In this document: positions 1 to 8,745 of the stretch, in pieces
Position numbering within the stretch: position 1 is the stretch's first letter
Layout: the number at the start of each line of letters is the position of its first letter
DNA from: Candidatus Ratteibacteria bacterium
Lineage (GTDB): Bacteria; Ratteibacteria; UBA8468; B48-G9; JAFGKM01
Direction of reading: 5' to 3'
Length of the DNA: 19,532 bases
Assembly: GCA_046296715.1 (NCBI GenBank)
Contig: JBKBIN010000026.1
Location: 1 to 19,532, forward strand
Program-made: the position numbers and the translations under genes
Notes under the pieces: model-generated
The model's input: the letters and a program-made list of their open reading frames with translations, nothing else
What the model was told of the DNA's origin: nothing
The model's database searches: none

Positions 1-243
1 GAAAAATTAAAAATAGGATTTTTTATGGAGTTTCCTATAGAAGTTTTTAAATATATTTGGTTATGGAGAATTGCAAAAGGAAGTTATAATTATCCATGGT
101 ATGGTAGGAATTATAATCTTGCTCTTGAACCATTTTCAAGTTTACCAGTTCTTTCAAAAGCAATTAAAAGAAATGATCAGTTAAAATTGAAAGAAAATAG
201 TTCATTAAAAATAAAGTTAAAAGCAGGGATCAGAAAAATTTAA
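1..243 (+). CDS. Partial (5'-truncated) galactose-mutarotase/aldose 1-epimerase-like (DUF4432-like) protein, C-terminus
   Basis: Frame 1 is open from base 1 (EKLKIGFFMEFP...). The pattern F..IWLW.......PWYGRNYNLALEP resembles the C-terminal strands of mutarotase-fold proteins. Only about 80 aa are visible. Confidence 0.55.
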   Translation, partial: EKLKIGFFMEFPIEVFKYIWLWRIAKGSYNYPWYGRNYNLALEPFSSLPVLSKAIKRNDQLKLKENSSLKIKLKAGIRKI

Positions 244-245
244 AA

Positions 246-1673
246 ATGGAAGAATATGAAATTATTATTGGACTTGAAGTTCATGTTGAACTTTTAACAA
301 AAACAAAAATGTTCTGTTCTTGCTCAACTGAATTTGGTAATCTTCCGAATACTCAAGTATGTCCTATTTGTTGTGGAATGCCAGGAGTTTTGCCTGTTAT
401 AAATAAAAGGGCTGTTGAACTTGCTATAAAAACAGGAATTGTTTTCAATTCCAATATTTCAAAATTCTGCAGGTTTGCAAGAAAAAATTATTTCTATCCG
501 GATTTACCCAAAAACTATCAAATATCCCAATATGAAGAACCAATTGCTACTGGTGGATTTCTTGAAGTTGATGGAAGAAAAATACATTTTAAAAGAATAC
601 ATCTTGAAGAAGATGCTGGAAAATTATTACATTCTGAAAGTTCTCCAATTTCTTATGTGGATTTTAACAGAAGCGGAATTCCTTTATTGGAAATTGTTAC
701 TGAACCTGATATTAGAAGTCCAGAAGAGGGTGAAAGATTTCTTGAAAGATTAAAACAAATACTTGAATATCTTGAAATAAGTGATTGTAATATGGAACAG
801 GGTTCTTTAAGGTGTGATGCTAATATTTCGGTTAGAAAAAAAGGTGATGATAAGTTAGGTGTAAAAACAGAAGTGAAGAATATGAACTCTTTTAAATCTG
901 TTAGAAAAGCATTATTGTATGAAAGTAAAAGACAGATAGAAATTTTGAAAAGAGGAGAAAAAATTATTCAAGAAACCCGTTTATGGAATGAAATTGAAGA
1001 AATAACTGAAAGTATGAGAACAAAAGAAGAAGCACATGATTATAGATATTTTCCCGAACCAGATCTTGTTCCGATTTTAATTGATGAGAAATGGATTGAA
1101 GAGATAAAAAGAGAAATTGGAGAATTGCCTGAGCAAAGAAAAGAAAGATTTAAAGCAGAATATAATTTATCCGATTATGATGCAGGTGTTTTAACTTCAG
1201 AAAAGGGTATTGCTGATTACTTTGAAGAATGTGTAAAAAATTATGAAAATCCAAAGATAATTGCAAATTGGATAATGAGTGAACTTTTATCATTAACTAA
1301 AGGTAAAATATTAAAAAAAGAAGAAATCCCTCTAAAAGTTGAAAATTTTATTGAAATATTAAAATTGATTGATGAAAGGAAAATAACAGTAACTGTAGGC
1401 AAGGAAATATTTAAAGAGTCATACAAGACAGGAGAAAAGCCATCTGAGATTGTAAAAAAGAAAAATTTAGTGCAAATAGAAGATGAAAACTTAATTGAAG
1501 AGATTGTTCAACAAGTTATAAATGAAAATCAGAAAGCAGTTGAAGATTGGAAAAAAGGAAAAGAAAAATCTATTATGTTTTTAGTTGGACAAGTAATGAG
1601 AAAGACAACTGGTAAAGCAAATCCAGATATTGTAAAAAAACTTTTAACTGAACATTTAAATAAGTTAAAATAA
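246..1673 (+). CDS. gatB: Asp-tRNA(Asn)/Glu-tRNA(Gln) amidotransferase subunit B
   Basis: Motifs IGLEVHVEL, CPICCGMPG, FARKNYFYPDLPKNYQISQY, HLEEDAGK, SLRCDANIS, EVKNMNS, DYRYFPEPDL, and a C-terminal YqeY-like FLVGQVMRKTTGKANP. Confidence 0.98.
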   Translation: MEEYEIIIGLEVHVELLTKTKMFCSCSTEFGNLPNTQVCPICCGMPGVLPVINKRAVELAIKTGIVFNSNISKFCRFARKNYFYPDLPKNYQISQYEEPIATGGFLEVDGRKIHFKRIHLEEDAGKLLHSESSPISYVDFNRSGIPLLEIVTEPDIRSPEEGERFLERLKQILEYLEISDCNMEQGSLRCDANISVRKKGDDKLGVKTEVKNMNSFKSVRKALLYESKRQIEILKRGEKIIQETRLWNEIEEITESMRTKEEAHDYRYFPEPDLVPILIDEKWIEEIKREIGELPEQRKERFKAEYNLSDYDAGVLTSEKGIADYFEECVKNYENPKIIANWIMSELLSLTKGKILKKEEIPLKVENFIEILKLIDERKITVTVGKEIFKESYKTGEKPSEIVKKKNLVQIEDENLIEEIVQQVINENQKAVEDWKKGKEKSIMFLVGQVMRKTTGKANPDIVKKLLTEHLNKLK

Positions 1674-1701
1674 GAGGTAAAATAATTTAAAAAGGAGAGA
1701 T

Positions 1702-2868
1702 ATGAAAAAGAAAATATTATTGTTTGTATTAAGTTTCTTATTTATTACAATCATTTTTGGTGGAGATGTTAAAGTTTCGCAAAATAAAAAGTGGGAAGAT
1801 AATACCTATAAAAATTTAGAATTGTTTATTGATGCTTTAAATATAGTAAAGGATAATTATGTAGAAACTGTTGAGGATAAAAAACTTATATATGGTGCGT
1901 TAAAAGGTATGCTTATGTCTCTTGATCCATATAGTGCATTTTTAGAACCAGAATTAAAAAAAGAACTACAGATAGAAACAAAAGGAGAATTTGAGGGTGT
2001 GGGGATGGAAATAACTTTAAAAGATGGAATAATTACTGTTGTTAGTCCTATTGAGGATACACCTGCATGGAAAGCTGGAATTAAAGAAGGTGATAAAATA
2101 ATTGAAATAGATGGTAAATCAACAAAAGGTATGTCTACAATGGAAGCAGCGAGATTATTAAGAGGTAAAAAAGGAACAAAAGTAACAATAAGTGTATTAA
2201 GAGAAGGAACTGAGAATTTAATTAAAATTACTCTTGAAAGAGATGTTATAAAAATTAAATCTGTCAAGTCAAAGATATATGATGAAATTGGATATGTTAG
2301 GTTAACTGGTTTCCAGGAAAATACAACAGAAGATTTGCGAAAGGTATTAAATGAATTCAACGAAAAAAATCTAAAAGGATTGATACTTGATTTAAGGAAT
2401 AACCCTGGAGGACTTTTGAATGTAGCGATTGAAGTAAGTGAATTATTTTTACCTCCCAATAAGTTAATTGTTTATACAGAAGGAAGAAAAAAGAAAGATT
2501 CAGCAAAATTTTATAGTAAAAATAAACCTATATGGCAAAAACCAATAGTTCTTCTTGTAAATGGTGGCAGTGCCTCTGCTTCTGAAATATTATTTGGAGC
2601 GCTTAAGGATAACTATCCAAACTTTCTTTCAATTGGAACAAAAACATTTGGTAAAGGTTCTGTTCAAAATGTTATATCACTTTCTGATGGCTCTGCTATA
2701 AAACTTACAATCGCAAAATATTATACTCCAAAAGGGATATGTATTGATGGAGAAGGAATTTCTCCTGATATAGAAGTAAAACTTGAAGGAGAAAAGCCAA
2801 TAATTCCAGCAAGTGACGAAGATTTACAATTTAAAAGAGCACTTGAAGAAATAAAAAAAATGATTTAA
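1702..2868 (+). CDS. ctpA: S41A carboxyl-terminal processing protease (signal peptide, PDZ domain, Ser/Lys catalytic domain)
   Basis: Signal peptide MKKKILLFVLSFLFITIIFG; LDPYS; PDZ GVGMEI...TPAWKAGI; DLRNNPGGLL; SASASEI; KTFGKGSVQ; YYTPKG. SD AAGGAG upstream. Confidence 0.95.
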   Translation: MKKKILLFVLSFLFITIIFGGDVKVSQNKKWEDNTYKNLELFIDALNIVKDNYVETVEDKKLIYGALKGMLMSLDPYSAFLEPELKKELQIETKGEFEGVGMEITLKDGIITVVSPIEDTPAWKAGIKEGDKIIEIDGKSTKGMSTMEAARLLRGKKGTKVTISVLREGTENLIKITLERDVIKIKSVKSKIYDEIGYVRLTGFQENTTEDLRKVLNEFNEKNLKGLILDLRNNPGGLLNVAIEVSELFLPPNKLIVYTEGRKKKDSAKFYSKNKPIWQKPIVLLVNGGSASASEILFGALKDNYPNFLSIGTKTFGKGSVQNVISLSDGSAIKLTIAKYYTPKGICIDGEGISPDIEVKLEGEKPIIPASDEDLQFKRALEEIKKMI

Positions 2869-3732
2869 ATGGATAAAAAACAAAACAATTTTTCCTTTTT
2901 CATTCCATTTGTTCTTTTTTTAATTCTATGTATTTTAATTACTGGAACAAAATTGCTACAAAAAATATTAAAAGAAAAAAGTTTTGAAGAAAAAAAAATA
3001 GCAAAATTATATCCACCAGAAATAAAACCTGAAATACCTAAAAAAATTGAAAAGAAAGTAGTAAAGGGAAAAGGGAAAGTCGCAATTATAATAGATGATA
3101 TCGGATGGAATTTATCAATAATAAAGGAAATAGAGAAAATAAATCAACCACTTACACTTTCAATTTTGCCGAAAGCACCTTATAGCAAAAAGATTTTAGA
3201 CCAGATAAAAAACAAAAACTATCAACTTATATTACATTTGCCGCTTGAACCGCAACCACCATCTCAATGTTTTGATAAAGGAGTAATTACTACAGATATG
3301 GATGATGAGGAGATAAAAAAGATATTTGAAGATAATGTGAATGATTTTTTACCATATATTAAAGGCATTAATAATCATATGGGTTCTTTATATACCATAA
3401 ATGAAGAAAAAATGAGAATTTTACTTGAATGTATAAAAGAGAAAGATTTATTTTTTGTAGATAGTTTAACAAGTTCAAAAAGTTGTGGTTATAGAATTGC
3501 AAAAGAACTTGGGATAAAAACAGGAAAAAGAGATATTTTTCTTGATATATCACCTGACCCTGAACAAATAAATAAAAAAATAGATGAAGTTATAAAAATC
3601 GCGAAAGAAAAAGGAAATGTTATTGTAATTGGACACGCTAAAACTTCTACAATAAATATTTTAAAAAATAGATTGTCTGATTTTGAAGAAAATGGTATTA
3701 AAATTGTTCCTGTTGAATCTTTACTTGAATAA
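2869..3732 (+). CDS. Divergent polysaccharide deacetylase (YibQ/DUF610 family), N-terminal membrane anchor
   Basis: Motifs AIIIDDIG, LHLPLEP, GINNHMGS, FFVDSLT, RDIFLD, IGH. Starts immediately after the ctpA stop, a commonly conserved gene pair. Confidence 0.92.
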   Translation: MDKKQNNFSFFIPFVLFLILCILITGTKLLQKILKEKSFEEKKIAKLYPPEIKPEIPKKIEKKVVKGKGKVAIIIDDIGWNLSIIKEIEKINQPLTLSILPKAPYSKKILDQIKNKNYQLILHLPLEPQPPSQCFDKGVITTDMDDEEIKKIFEDNVNDFLPYIKGINNHMGSLYTINEEKMRILLECIKEKDLFFVDSLTSSKSCGYRIAKELGIKTGKRDIFLDISPDPEQINKKIDEVIKIAKEKGNVIVIGHAKTSTINILKNRLSDFEENGIKIVPVESLLE

Positions 3733-3753
3733 TAATTCAAAAATTGATTTAAA

Positions 3754-4731
3754 ATGGTAATTATTGGCATTGAAACTTCATGTGATGAAACAGGGATTGG
3801 TATAATAGAGAACAAAAAAATCCTTACAAATATTGTTGCTTCTCAAGAAGATATACATTCTATTTATGGTGGAGTTGTTCCAGAACTTGCAAGTAGAGCT
3901 CATTTACAAAGAATAGACAATCTTTTAAAAATTGCATTTGAAAAAAGTAAAATAAAAATAGAAGATATTGATTTAATAGGAGTGACAAATCAACCAGGAC
4001 TTAAAGGCTCATTACTTATAGGTGTATCTTTTGCATCTGGACTTTCCTATAGATTAAAAAAACCAATATATTTTGTAAATCATTTACATGCACATCTTGC
4101 AGTTAATTTTTTAAGTGAAGATATTGAATTTCCTGCTCTTGGTCTTGTTGTTTCAGGAGGACATACTTCTTTTTTTTATATTAAAGATTATGTAAGATTT
4201 AAAGAAATTGGCAGAACACTTGATGATGCCTGTGGTGAAACATTTGATAAAGTGGGACGACTTCTTGGTTTACCTTTCCCAGCAGGTCCATACATTGAAA
4301 AAGAAGCAGAAAAAAACACAGGAAAATGTATAAATTTCCCTTTGCCTATGCCTTCATCAAATACACTTAATTTTAGTTTCAGCGGTCTTAAAACATTTAT
4401 TGCCAATTATGTAAAAAAATATGGTAAAGAAAATATTTCTGATATTTGTTTTTCTTTTCAAAAGGTAGTCGCTGATTTTATATGTAAGAAAATAAAAATT
4501 GCACTTAAACAATATAAAATAAAATCATTTTTACTTGGAGGCGGAGTTGTTGGAAATAAGTATCTTGGAAAAAGAATAAAAGAAGTTATTCCTGATAATA
4601 TTAAATTATTGATTCCTGAAAGAGAATTATGTCTTGATAATGGAGTTATGGTTGCAGTTATGACTTACTTTTTATATAAAAACAACATACCTGCCCATCA
4701 AAATAAAATAACAGTTATTCCTACAACATAA
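3754..4731 (+). CDS. tsaD: tRNA N6-threonylcarbamoyladenosine synthesis protein TsaD
   Basis: Motifs GIETSCDETG, YGGVVPELASRAH, HLHAH metal site, VSGGHT, TLDDACGETFDK, FSFSGLKT, DNGVMVA. Confidence 0.96.
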   Translation: MVIIGIETSCDETGIGIIENKKILTNIVASQEDIHSIYGGVVPELASRAHLQRIDNLLKIAFEKSKIKIEDIDLIGVTNQPGLKGSLLIGVSFASGLSYRLKKPIYFVNHLHAHLAVNFLSEDIEFPALGLVVSGGHTSFFYIKDYVRFKEIGRTLDDACGETFDKVGRLLGLPFPAGPYIEKEAEKNTGKCINFPLPMPSSNTLNFSFSGLKTFIANYVKKYGKENISDICFSFQKVVADFICKKIKIALKQYKIKSFLLGGGVVGNKYLGKRIKEVIPDNIKLLIPERELCLDNGVMVAVMTYFLYKNNIPAHQNKITVIPTT

Positions 4732-4747
4732 CAAAAAATTTTAATTA

Positions 4748-5719
4748 TTAATTTGTTTCTGACAGAGTTTTATCTGAAAGATATGTTTTAATTGCTGAAA
4801 GATGTTCCTCGTAAGTTTTTGAAAAATAATTTGTTCCGTCACCTTTTGAAAGAAAAAACAAGTAATCAGTTTTTATTGGATTTATTGCAGCAATTAAAGA
4901 ATCTTTACCAGGGTTACAAATTGGAGTAGGGGGAAGTCCTTTATGTATATATGTATTATAAGGAGATTTTATTTTTAAATCTGAATTTGATAATCTTTTT
5001 TTTCTATAACCAAGAGCATATTCAACAGTTGAACAACTTGCAATTGGCATATTTTTACTTAATCTTTTATATATAATTCCAGCAATTATTTTCCTTTCAG
5101 TAGTTAAACTTGCTTCTTTTTCAACTATTGATGCAACTGTCACTATTTTTTTTACTTCATCCCAATTTTTTTCATTTATCTCTTCATCATAAATCCTTTC
5201 AAACACATCTTTAAAATTTTTCCACATTTTTTGAACTATCCCTTCAATTGAAATATTGTAAGGAAAATAATAAGTATCTGGAAAAAGGAACCCTTCAAGT
5301 TTATTTTTTTTTGCATATTCAATAAATTCATTTTTTTCTTTTATAAGATTTGCTCTATAAAGAATTTCTCCAATATCATAAATATTTGAACCCTCTGGGA
5401 TGAGAATTTTTACAAGCGCAATTTCTCCTTTAACAAGTTTTTCTATTACTTTTTTCAGAGGTGTTCTTCCTGAAAACTCATATATACCTGATTTTAATTT
5501 TTTTTGAACTTGATAATGATTTGTCCAAAATAAGAACCATTTTACACTTTTTATAATTCCTTCCTCTTTAAGAATTTTTGCTATTTCATAAGCAGTCTTA
5601 TTTTCAGGTATTTCTACAAGTTTTTTTATAGGAACTAATGGTGGAAGAGTTATTATTTTTATCAAAATGAATCCAATGAAAATTAAAATACCACAATATA
5701 GAAAAAATTTACTTTTCAT
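4748..5719 (-). CDS. mltG: Endolytic transglycosylase MltG (YceG family)
   Basis: N-terminal transmembrane helix; LEGFLFPDTY; ASIVEKEA with the catalytic Glu; SPYNTY..GLPPTPICNPG; F..TYEEH. Confidence 0.96.
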   Translation of the reverse strand: MKSKFFLYCGILIFIGFILIKIITLPPLVPIKKLVEIPENKTAYEIAKILKEEGIIKSVKWFLFWTNHYQVQKKLKSGIYEFSGRTPLKKVIEKLVKGEIALVKILIPEGSNIYDIGEILYRANLIKEKNEFIEYAKKNKLEGFLFPDTYYFPYNISIEGIVQKMWKNFKDVFERIYDEEINEKNWDEVKKIVTVASIVEKEASLTTERKIIAGIIYKRLSKNMPIASCSTVEYALGYRKKRLSNSDLKIKSPYNTYIHKGLPPTPICNPGKDSLIAAINPIKTDYLFFLSKGDGTNYFSKTYEEHLSAIKTYLSDKTLSETN

Positions 5720-6932
5720 TCTTTAAAATTGTTTCTCTTAAAAGTTCAAAACCCTTATAAACAGCCCTTTCCCGTATTGTTTGTCTATCACCAGAAAATA
5801 TAAAATTTTTAGCAAATAAATTCTTTTTATAGCATACTCCAATCCAAACAAGACCTACTGGTTTTTCAGGTGTTGCTCCAGTAGGACCTGCAATTCCTGT
5901 AAAACTTAAGGAAATGTCTGCTTTGCCATATTTCTTTGCATTTTTTGCCATATAAATTGCTGTTTGTTCACTAACTGCTCCAAATTTCCTCAAAATCGTT
6001 TTTGGAATCTTTAAAATTTTCTTTTTTAAAACATTACTATATGTAACAAATCCACCCATAAAATATTTAGAACTTCCAGGTATATCTGTGATTAATTTAC
6101 AAGCAAGACCACCAGAACATGACTCTGCGATTGCAAGACGTAATTTCCTTTCTTTTAATAACTTTCCAATTAATTCTGGTATTGAACCAATATTCATTCC
6201 TAAATAATTCAAACCAAACTTTTCTTTTAATTTATTTTCAAATTCTAAAAATTTTTCTTTTTCATCTTCATTTAATGTTAAAACAAGTTCAATTAAATTT
6301 GGATGGGCAAGAATAATCAGATTTTTCCTATTCTCTTCAATCAAACTTTTTATTCTTGTTTCTACTTCTGATTCAGGGACTCCAATAATAGAGAAAATAT
6401 TTGTTATTATATTTTTCCCACCAAATTTTTCTTTAATATATTTCAAAGAATTTTCAAGCATTGGTTTCAACTCATTTGGAGGTCCAGGCAGAATTAGAAT
6501 TAATTTATCATCCTCATCTATTAGCATTCCTGGCGCAGTTCCATTTTCATTTTCAATCTCTTTACTCCCTTCAATAATATATGCCTGCTTTTTGTTTATT
6601 TCAGGTGGTTCAATGTTCCTTCTTTTAAATTTTTCTATAATTTTTTCCCATATTCTTTCATCAAAAATAAGTTTTCTATTTAAAACTTCTGCAATAGATT
6701 CTCTTGTTACATCATCAAAAGTTGGTCCAAGTCCACCTGTAATGATTACAAGATTTGAATTTTTAAAAGAATTTAAAAATACTTCCTTTATTTCTTCTTT
6801 ATTGTCTCCTACAACAACACATTTTGAAATTTTAAAACCACTCTTTAAAAGAATACTTGCTATCAAGTTTAAATTGGTATTAACTCTGTTCAAAAGTAAT
6901 TCAGTCCCTATGTTTATAACTTCAACTTTCAT
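5709..6932 (-). CDS. cinA: CinA: N-terminal MoCF-like (ADP-ribose pyrophosphatase) domain fused to PncC NMN deamidase
   Basis: Motifs IGTELL, TGGLGPTFDDVT, GTAPG, LPGPPNE, then AESCSGG, PGSS.YF.GG.VTYSN, GAVSEQTA, TGIAGP.G. Confidence 0.95.
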   Translation of the reverse strand: MKVEVINIGTELLLNRVNTNLNLIASILLKSGFKISKCVVVGDNKEEIKEVFLNSFKNSNLVIITGGLGPTFDDVTRESIAEVLNRKLIFDERIWEKIIEKFKRRNIEPPEINKKQAYIIEGSKEIENENGTAPGMLIDEDDKLILILPGPPNELKPMLENSLKYIKEKFGGKNIITNIFSIIGVPESEVETRIKSLIEENRKNLIILAHPNLIELVLTLNEDEKEKFLEFENKLKEKFGLNYLGMNIGSIPELIGKLLKERKLRLAIAESCSGGLACKLITDIPGSSKYFMGGFVTYSNVLKKKILKIPKTILRKFGAVSEQTAIYMAKNAKKYGKADISLSFTGIAGPTGATPEKPVGLVWIGVCYKKNLFAKNFIFSGDRQTIRERAVYKGFELLRETILKNEK

Positions 6933-6934
6933 CT

Positions 6935-7486
6935 TTATAAAGTTTCTTTCCAGATTACAGATTGATTAATTAAATTTAGAATTTTGATAGAACCTTCTTT
7001 TAAGTCAATTATTGCGCAGGTGGGTATTTTTTCCTTTGGTAAAGAAGGACTTCCAGGATTTAAAATTATTATATTCTCTTTTTTTTCAAGTAATGGAATA
7101 TGAGTATGCCCTGAAATTAAAATATTAATTTTCCATTTTTTCCCAAGTTCAAACCATTCTTCCTTTTTAAAAATATGTCCATGAGAAACAAGAATTCTTA
7201 AATCATTAAATTGATAAAGTAAAAAGGGATTAGAAAGAGGTATGTTTAAAAATGTTTGATCGACTTCTGAATCACAGTTTCCTTTTGAAATTAAAAGAGA
7301 AATATTTAAGTCATTGAAAATGTTTAATAACTCTTTTGGAGAATATTTTTCAGGTATTGGATTTCCAGGTCCATGATTAAAAAGGTCTCCACAATGAATA
7401 ATAATATTAGAATCTTTTATTATTTCCCATGCCTTTTCCCATCCACCTAAACTTCCATGAGTATCGCTTATAACTCCAATTTTCAT
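6935..7486 (-). CDS. yfcE: YfcE/MJ0936-family metallophosphodiesterase
   Basis: Motifs ISDTHGS, HCGDLFNHGPGNPIPEKY, KGNCDSEVDQ, HGH, SGHTH, NPGSPSLPK. Confidence 0.9.
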   Translation of the reverse strand: MKIGVISDTHGSLGGWEKAWEIIKDSNIIIHCGDLFNHGPGNPIPEKYSPKELLNIFNDLNISLLISKGNCDSEVDQTFLNIPLSNPFLLYQFNDLRILVSHGHIFKKEEWFELGKKWKINILISGHTHIPLLEKKENIIILNPGSPSLPKEKIPTCAIIDLKEGSIKILNLINQSVIWKETL

Positions 7487-7493
7487 TTTTTTA

Positions 7494-7988
7494 TTATTTC
7501 TGATATAAATTTACTTTTGGTTCTGTTGAAGTATGACCATCTGAGTAAATAACTACATATCTTCCTGAATGAGGAGGTGGAATATCTTTACTAACAGCAG
7601 TCATTTCAGTTAATAACCAAGTTGAAGATGACAAATTTTCTAATCTTTTTCTATTTAAATTATCATTCCATATATAATTTGTTCCATATTTATTTAACTC
7701 GTCTGGCAGAGAAGGACAAAATAGAACTTTACCTTTAATCCCATAAGATTTTAGTATATTGTGAATCCCTTTTTCGTCATCTTTAGAAGAAGGGAAAAAT
7801 TTAGCATCTGGCAACTGATCATTATCCTGTACAAACATAACAATACCTTGATAGATCTGTTTTAAATTATTAATACAATCAACTGCCTTTCCTCTTTGCA
7901 TAGCAGCAGTATAAACACCAAGAGAAAGAGAAGTCACTATTCCAGCCACAAATGTAATTTCAACCAATGTAAAACCTTTCTTTTTCAT
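7494..7988 (-). CDS. Short prepilin-type N-terminal cleavage/methylation protein with H-X9-DG C-terminal motif (DUF1559-like), 164 aa
   Basis: MKKKG^FTLVE class III signal, CINNLKQI, FCPS, HSGRYVVIYSDG (H-X9-DG). Start moved to ATG 7988 because the ORF-track TTG at 8024 is the -35 box of the promoter. Confidence 0.88.
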   Translation of the reverse strand: MKKKGFTLVEITFVAGIVTSLSLGVYTAAMQRGKAVDCINNLKQIYQGIVMFVQDNDQLPDAKFFPSSKDDEKGIHNILKSYGIKGKVLFCPSLPDELNKYGTNYIWNDNLNRKRLENLSSSTWLLTEMTAVSKDIPPPHSGRYVVIYSDGHTSTEPKVNLYQK

Positions 7989-7995
7989 GGTAGTT

Positions 7996-8024
7996 ATTTT
8001 AATCCCAAATTTTGATAATGTCAA
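7996..8024 (-). promoter_or_regulatory. Sigma70-type promoter of the prepilin-yfcE-cinA-mltG operon (leaderless geometry)
   Basis: Minus strand reads TTGACA (8024-8019), 17 nt, TAAAAT (8001-7996), 7 nt, ATG (7988). No SD. Confidence 0.8.
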
Positions 8025-8040
8025 ATTTTCATTTTAAAAA

Positions 8041-8144
8041 TCAAATCACTCGTTCTGAATTCCCTTGTCTATCAACATTTCCCACCTTTCACCTCGTAGG
8101 TGTAAGGAGGTTTTGACTGGGAAGGAAAGATGAAGTAAACTTGA
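8041..8144. other. GC-richer imperfect fold-back element, candidate structured ncRNA (family unassigned)
   Basis: Pairings CACCT(8090-94)/AGGTG(8098-102), CCTT(8085-88)/AAGG(8104-07), TTCCCA(8079-84)/TGGGAA(8118-23), with possible outer TCAA/TTGA pairing. Composition contrasts with the AT-rich flanks. Confidence 0.4.
8113..8141 (+). promoter_or_regulatory. Sigma70-type promoter of queE-queC (leaderless geometry)
   Basis: TTGACT (8113-8118), 17 nt, TAAACT (8136-8141), 7 nt, ATG (8149). No SD at normal spacing. Confidence 0.7.
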
Positions 8145-8148
8145 AATA

Positions 8149-8745
8149 ATGGTCTATAATATAACAGAAATTTTTTATTCAATTCAGGGAGAAGGTTTGC
8201 TTCAAGGACTTCCTTTCATTTTTTTAAGATTTTCAGGATGTAATTTAAAGTGTTTTTGGTGTGACACTAAATATGCATGGGAAGAGGGAAAATTGATGAC
8301 AGAAAGAGAAATTTTAAGCAAAGTACAGAAATTTAATTGTAAAAGGATTTGTTTTACAGGAGGAGAACCATATTTACAAGAGATTGATAAAATATTTAAT
8401 ATTTTAAAAGAAAAAGATTATTGGATAACAGTTGAAACAAATGGAACTATTTGGAGAGATATAAAATTTGATTGGATAACAGTAAGTCCAAAAATAGAAG
8501 GACAAAAATTTCATAAGTTCGGTTATGATCAAAGATTTAACGATGTTGCAAATGAGTTTAAATATGTGATTTTGAACAAAGAATCTTTCAATTTTATAAA
8601 TAGAGATATTAAACAACCAGTAATTTTACAGCCAGTTGATAATAATCTTAAAATAGCAAAAATGATCGTTAATTTTTTAAAAGAAAATTCATTCAACAAT
8701 TGGTATTTAAGGTTACAAATTCACAAAATAACAAAAATAAAATGA
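8149..8745 (+). CDS. queE: 7-carboxy-7-deazaguanine synthase (radical SAM)
   Basis: Motifs EIFYSIQGEG, RFSGCNLKCFWCDT (CX3CX2C), TGGEP, ETNGT, TVSPK, LQP, QIHK. ATGA overlap with queC. Confidence 0.93.
   Translation: MVYNITEIFYSIQGEGLLQGLPFIFLRFSGCNLKCFWCDTKYAWEEGKLMTEREILSKVQKFNCKRICFTGGEPYLQEIDKIFNILKEKDYWITVETNGTIWRDIKFDWITVSPKIEGQKFHKFGYDQRFNDVANEFKYVILNKESFNFINRDIKQPVILQPVDNNLKIAKMIVNFLKENSFNNWYLRLQIHKITKIK

Noticed and set aside
1857..2459. 200-aa antisense ORF, and the other short shadow ORFs (439-753, 1241-1426, 3368-3553, 3489-3815, 4188-4406, 6119-6316, 6592-6969, 8404-8616, 10446-10634, 10994-11206, 12207-12464, 14262-14465, 15743-15925, 16589-16801)
   Set aside because: All lie within or across well-supported genes, show the F/S/I/L-rich composition expected from antisense or shifted reading of AT-rich codons, and have no recognisable motifs.
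2853..3000. Poly-A runs (8-9 nt) as phase-variation tracts
   Set aside because: Such runs are common throughout this AT-rich, Lys-rich sequence and all frames are intact.
8130..8138. Mini uORF ATG-AAG-TAA with GAAGGA upstream
   Set aside because: It lies inside the spacer and -10 box of the predicted queE promoter, so it would not be on that transcript; likely chance.
8041..8148. preQ1 riboswitch upstream of queE-queC
   Set aside because: No preQ1-I stem/loop plus A-rich tail or class II/III pattern was recognisable, and the promoter geometry implies queE has essentially no leader.
8700..8741. Upstream start for queC in the ORF track
   Set aside because: QueC similarity begins at MKKAVCL; ATG 8742 forms a standard ATGA overlap with queE.
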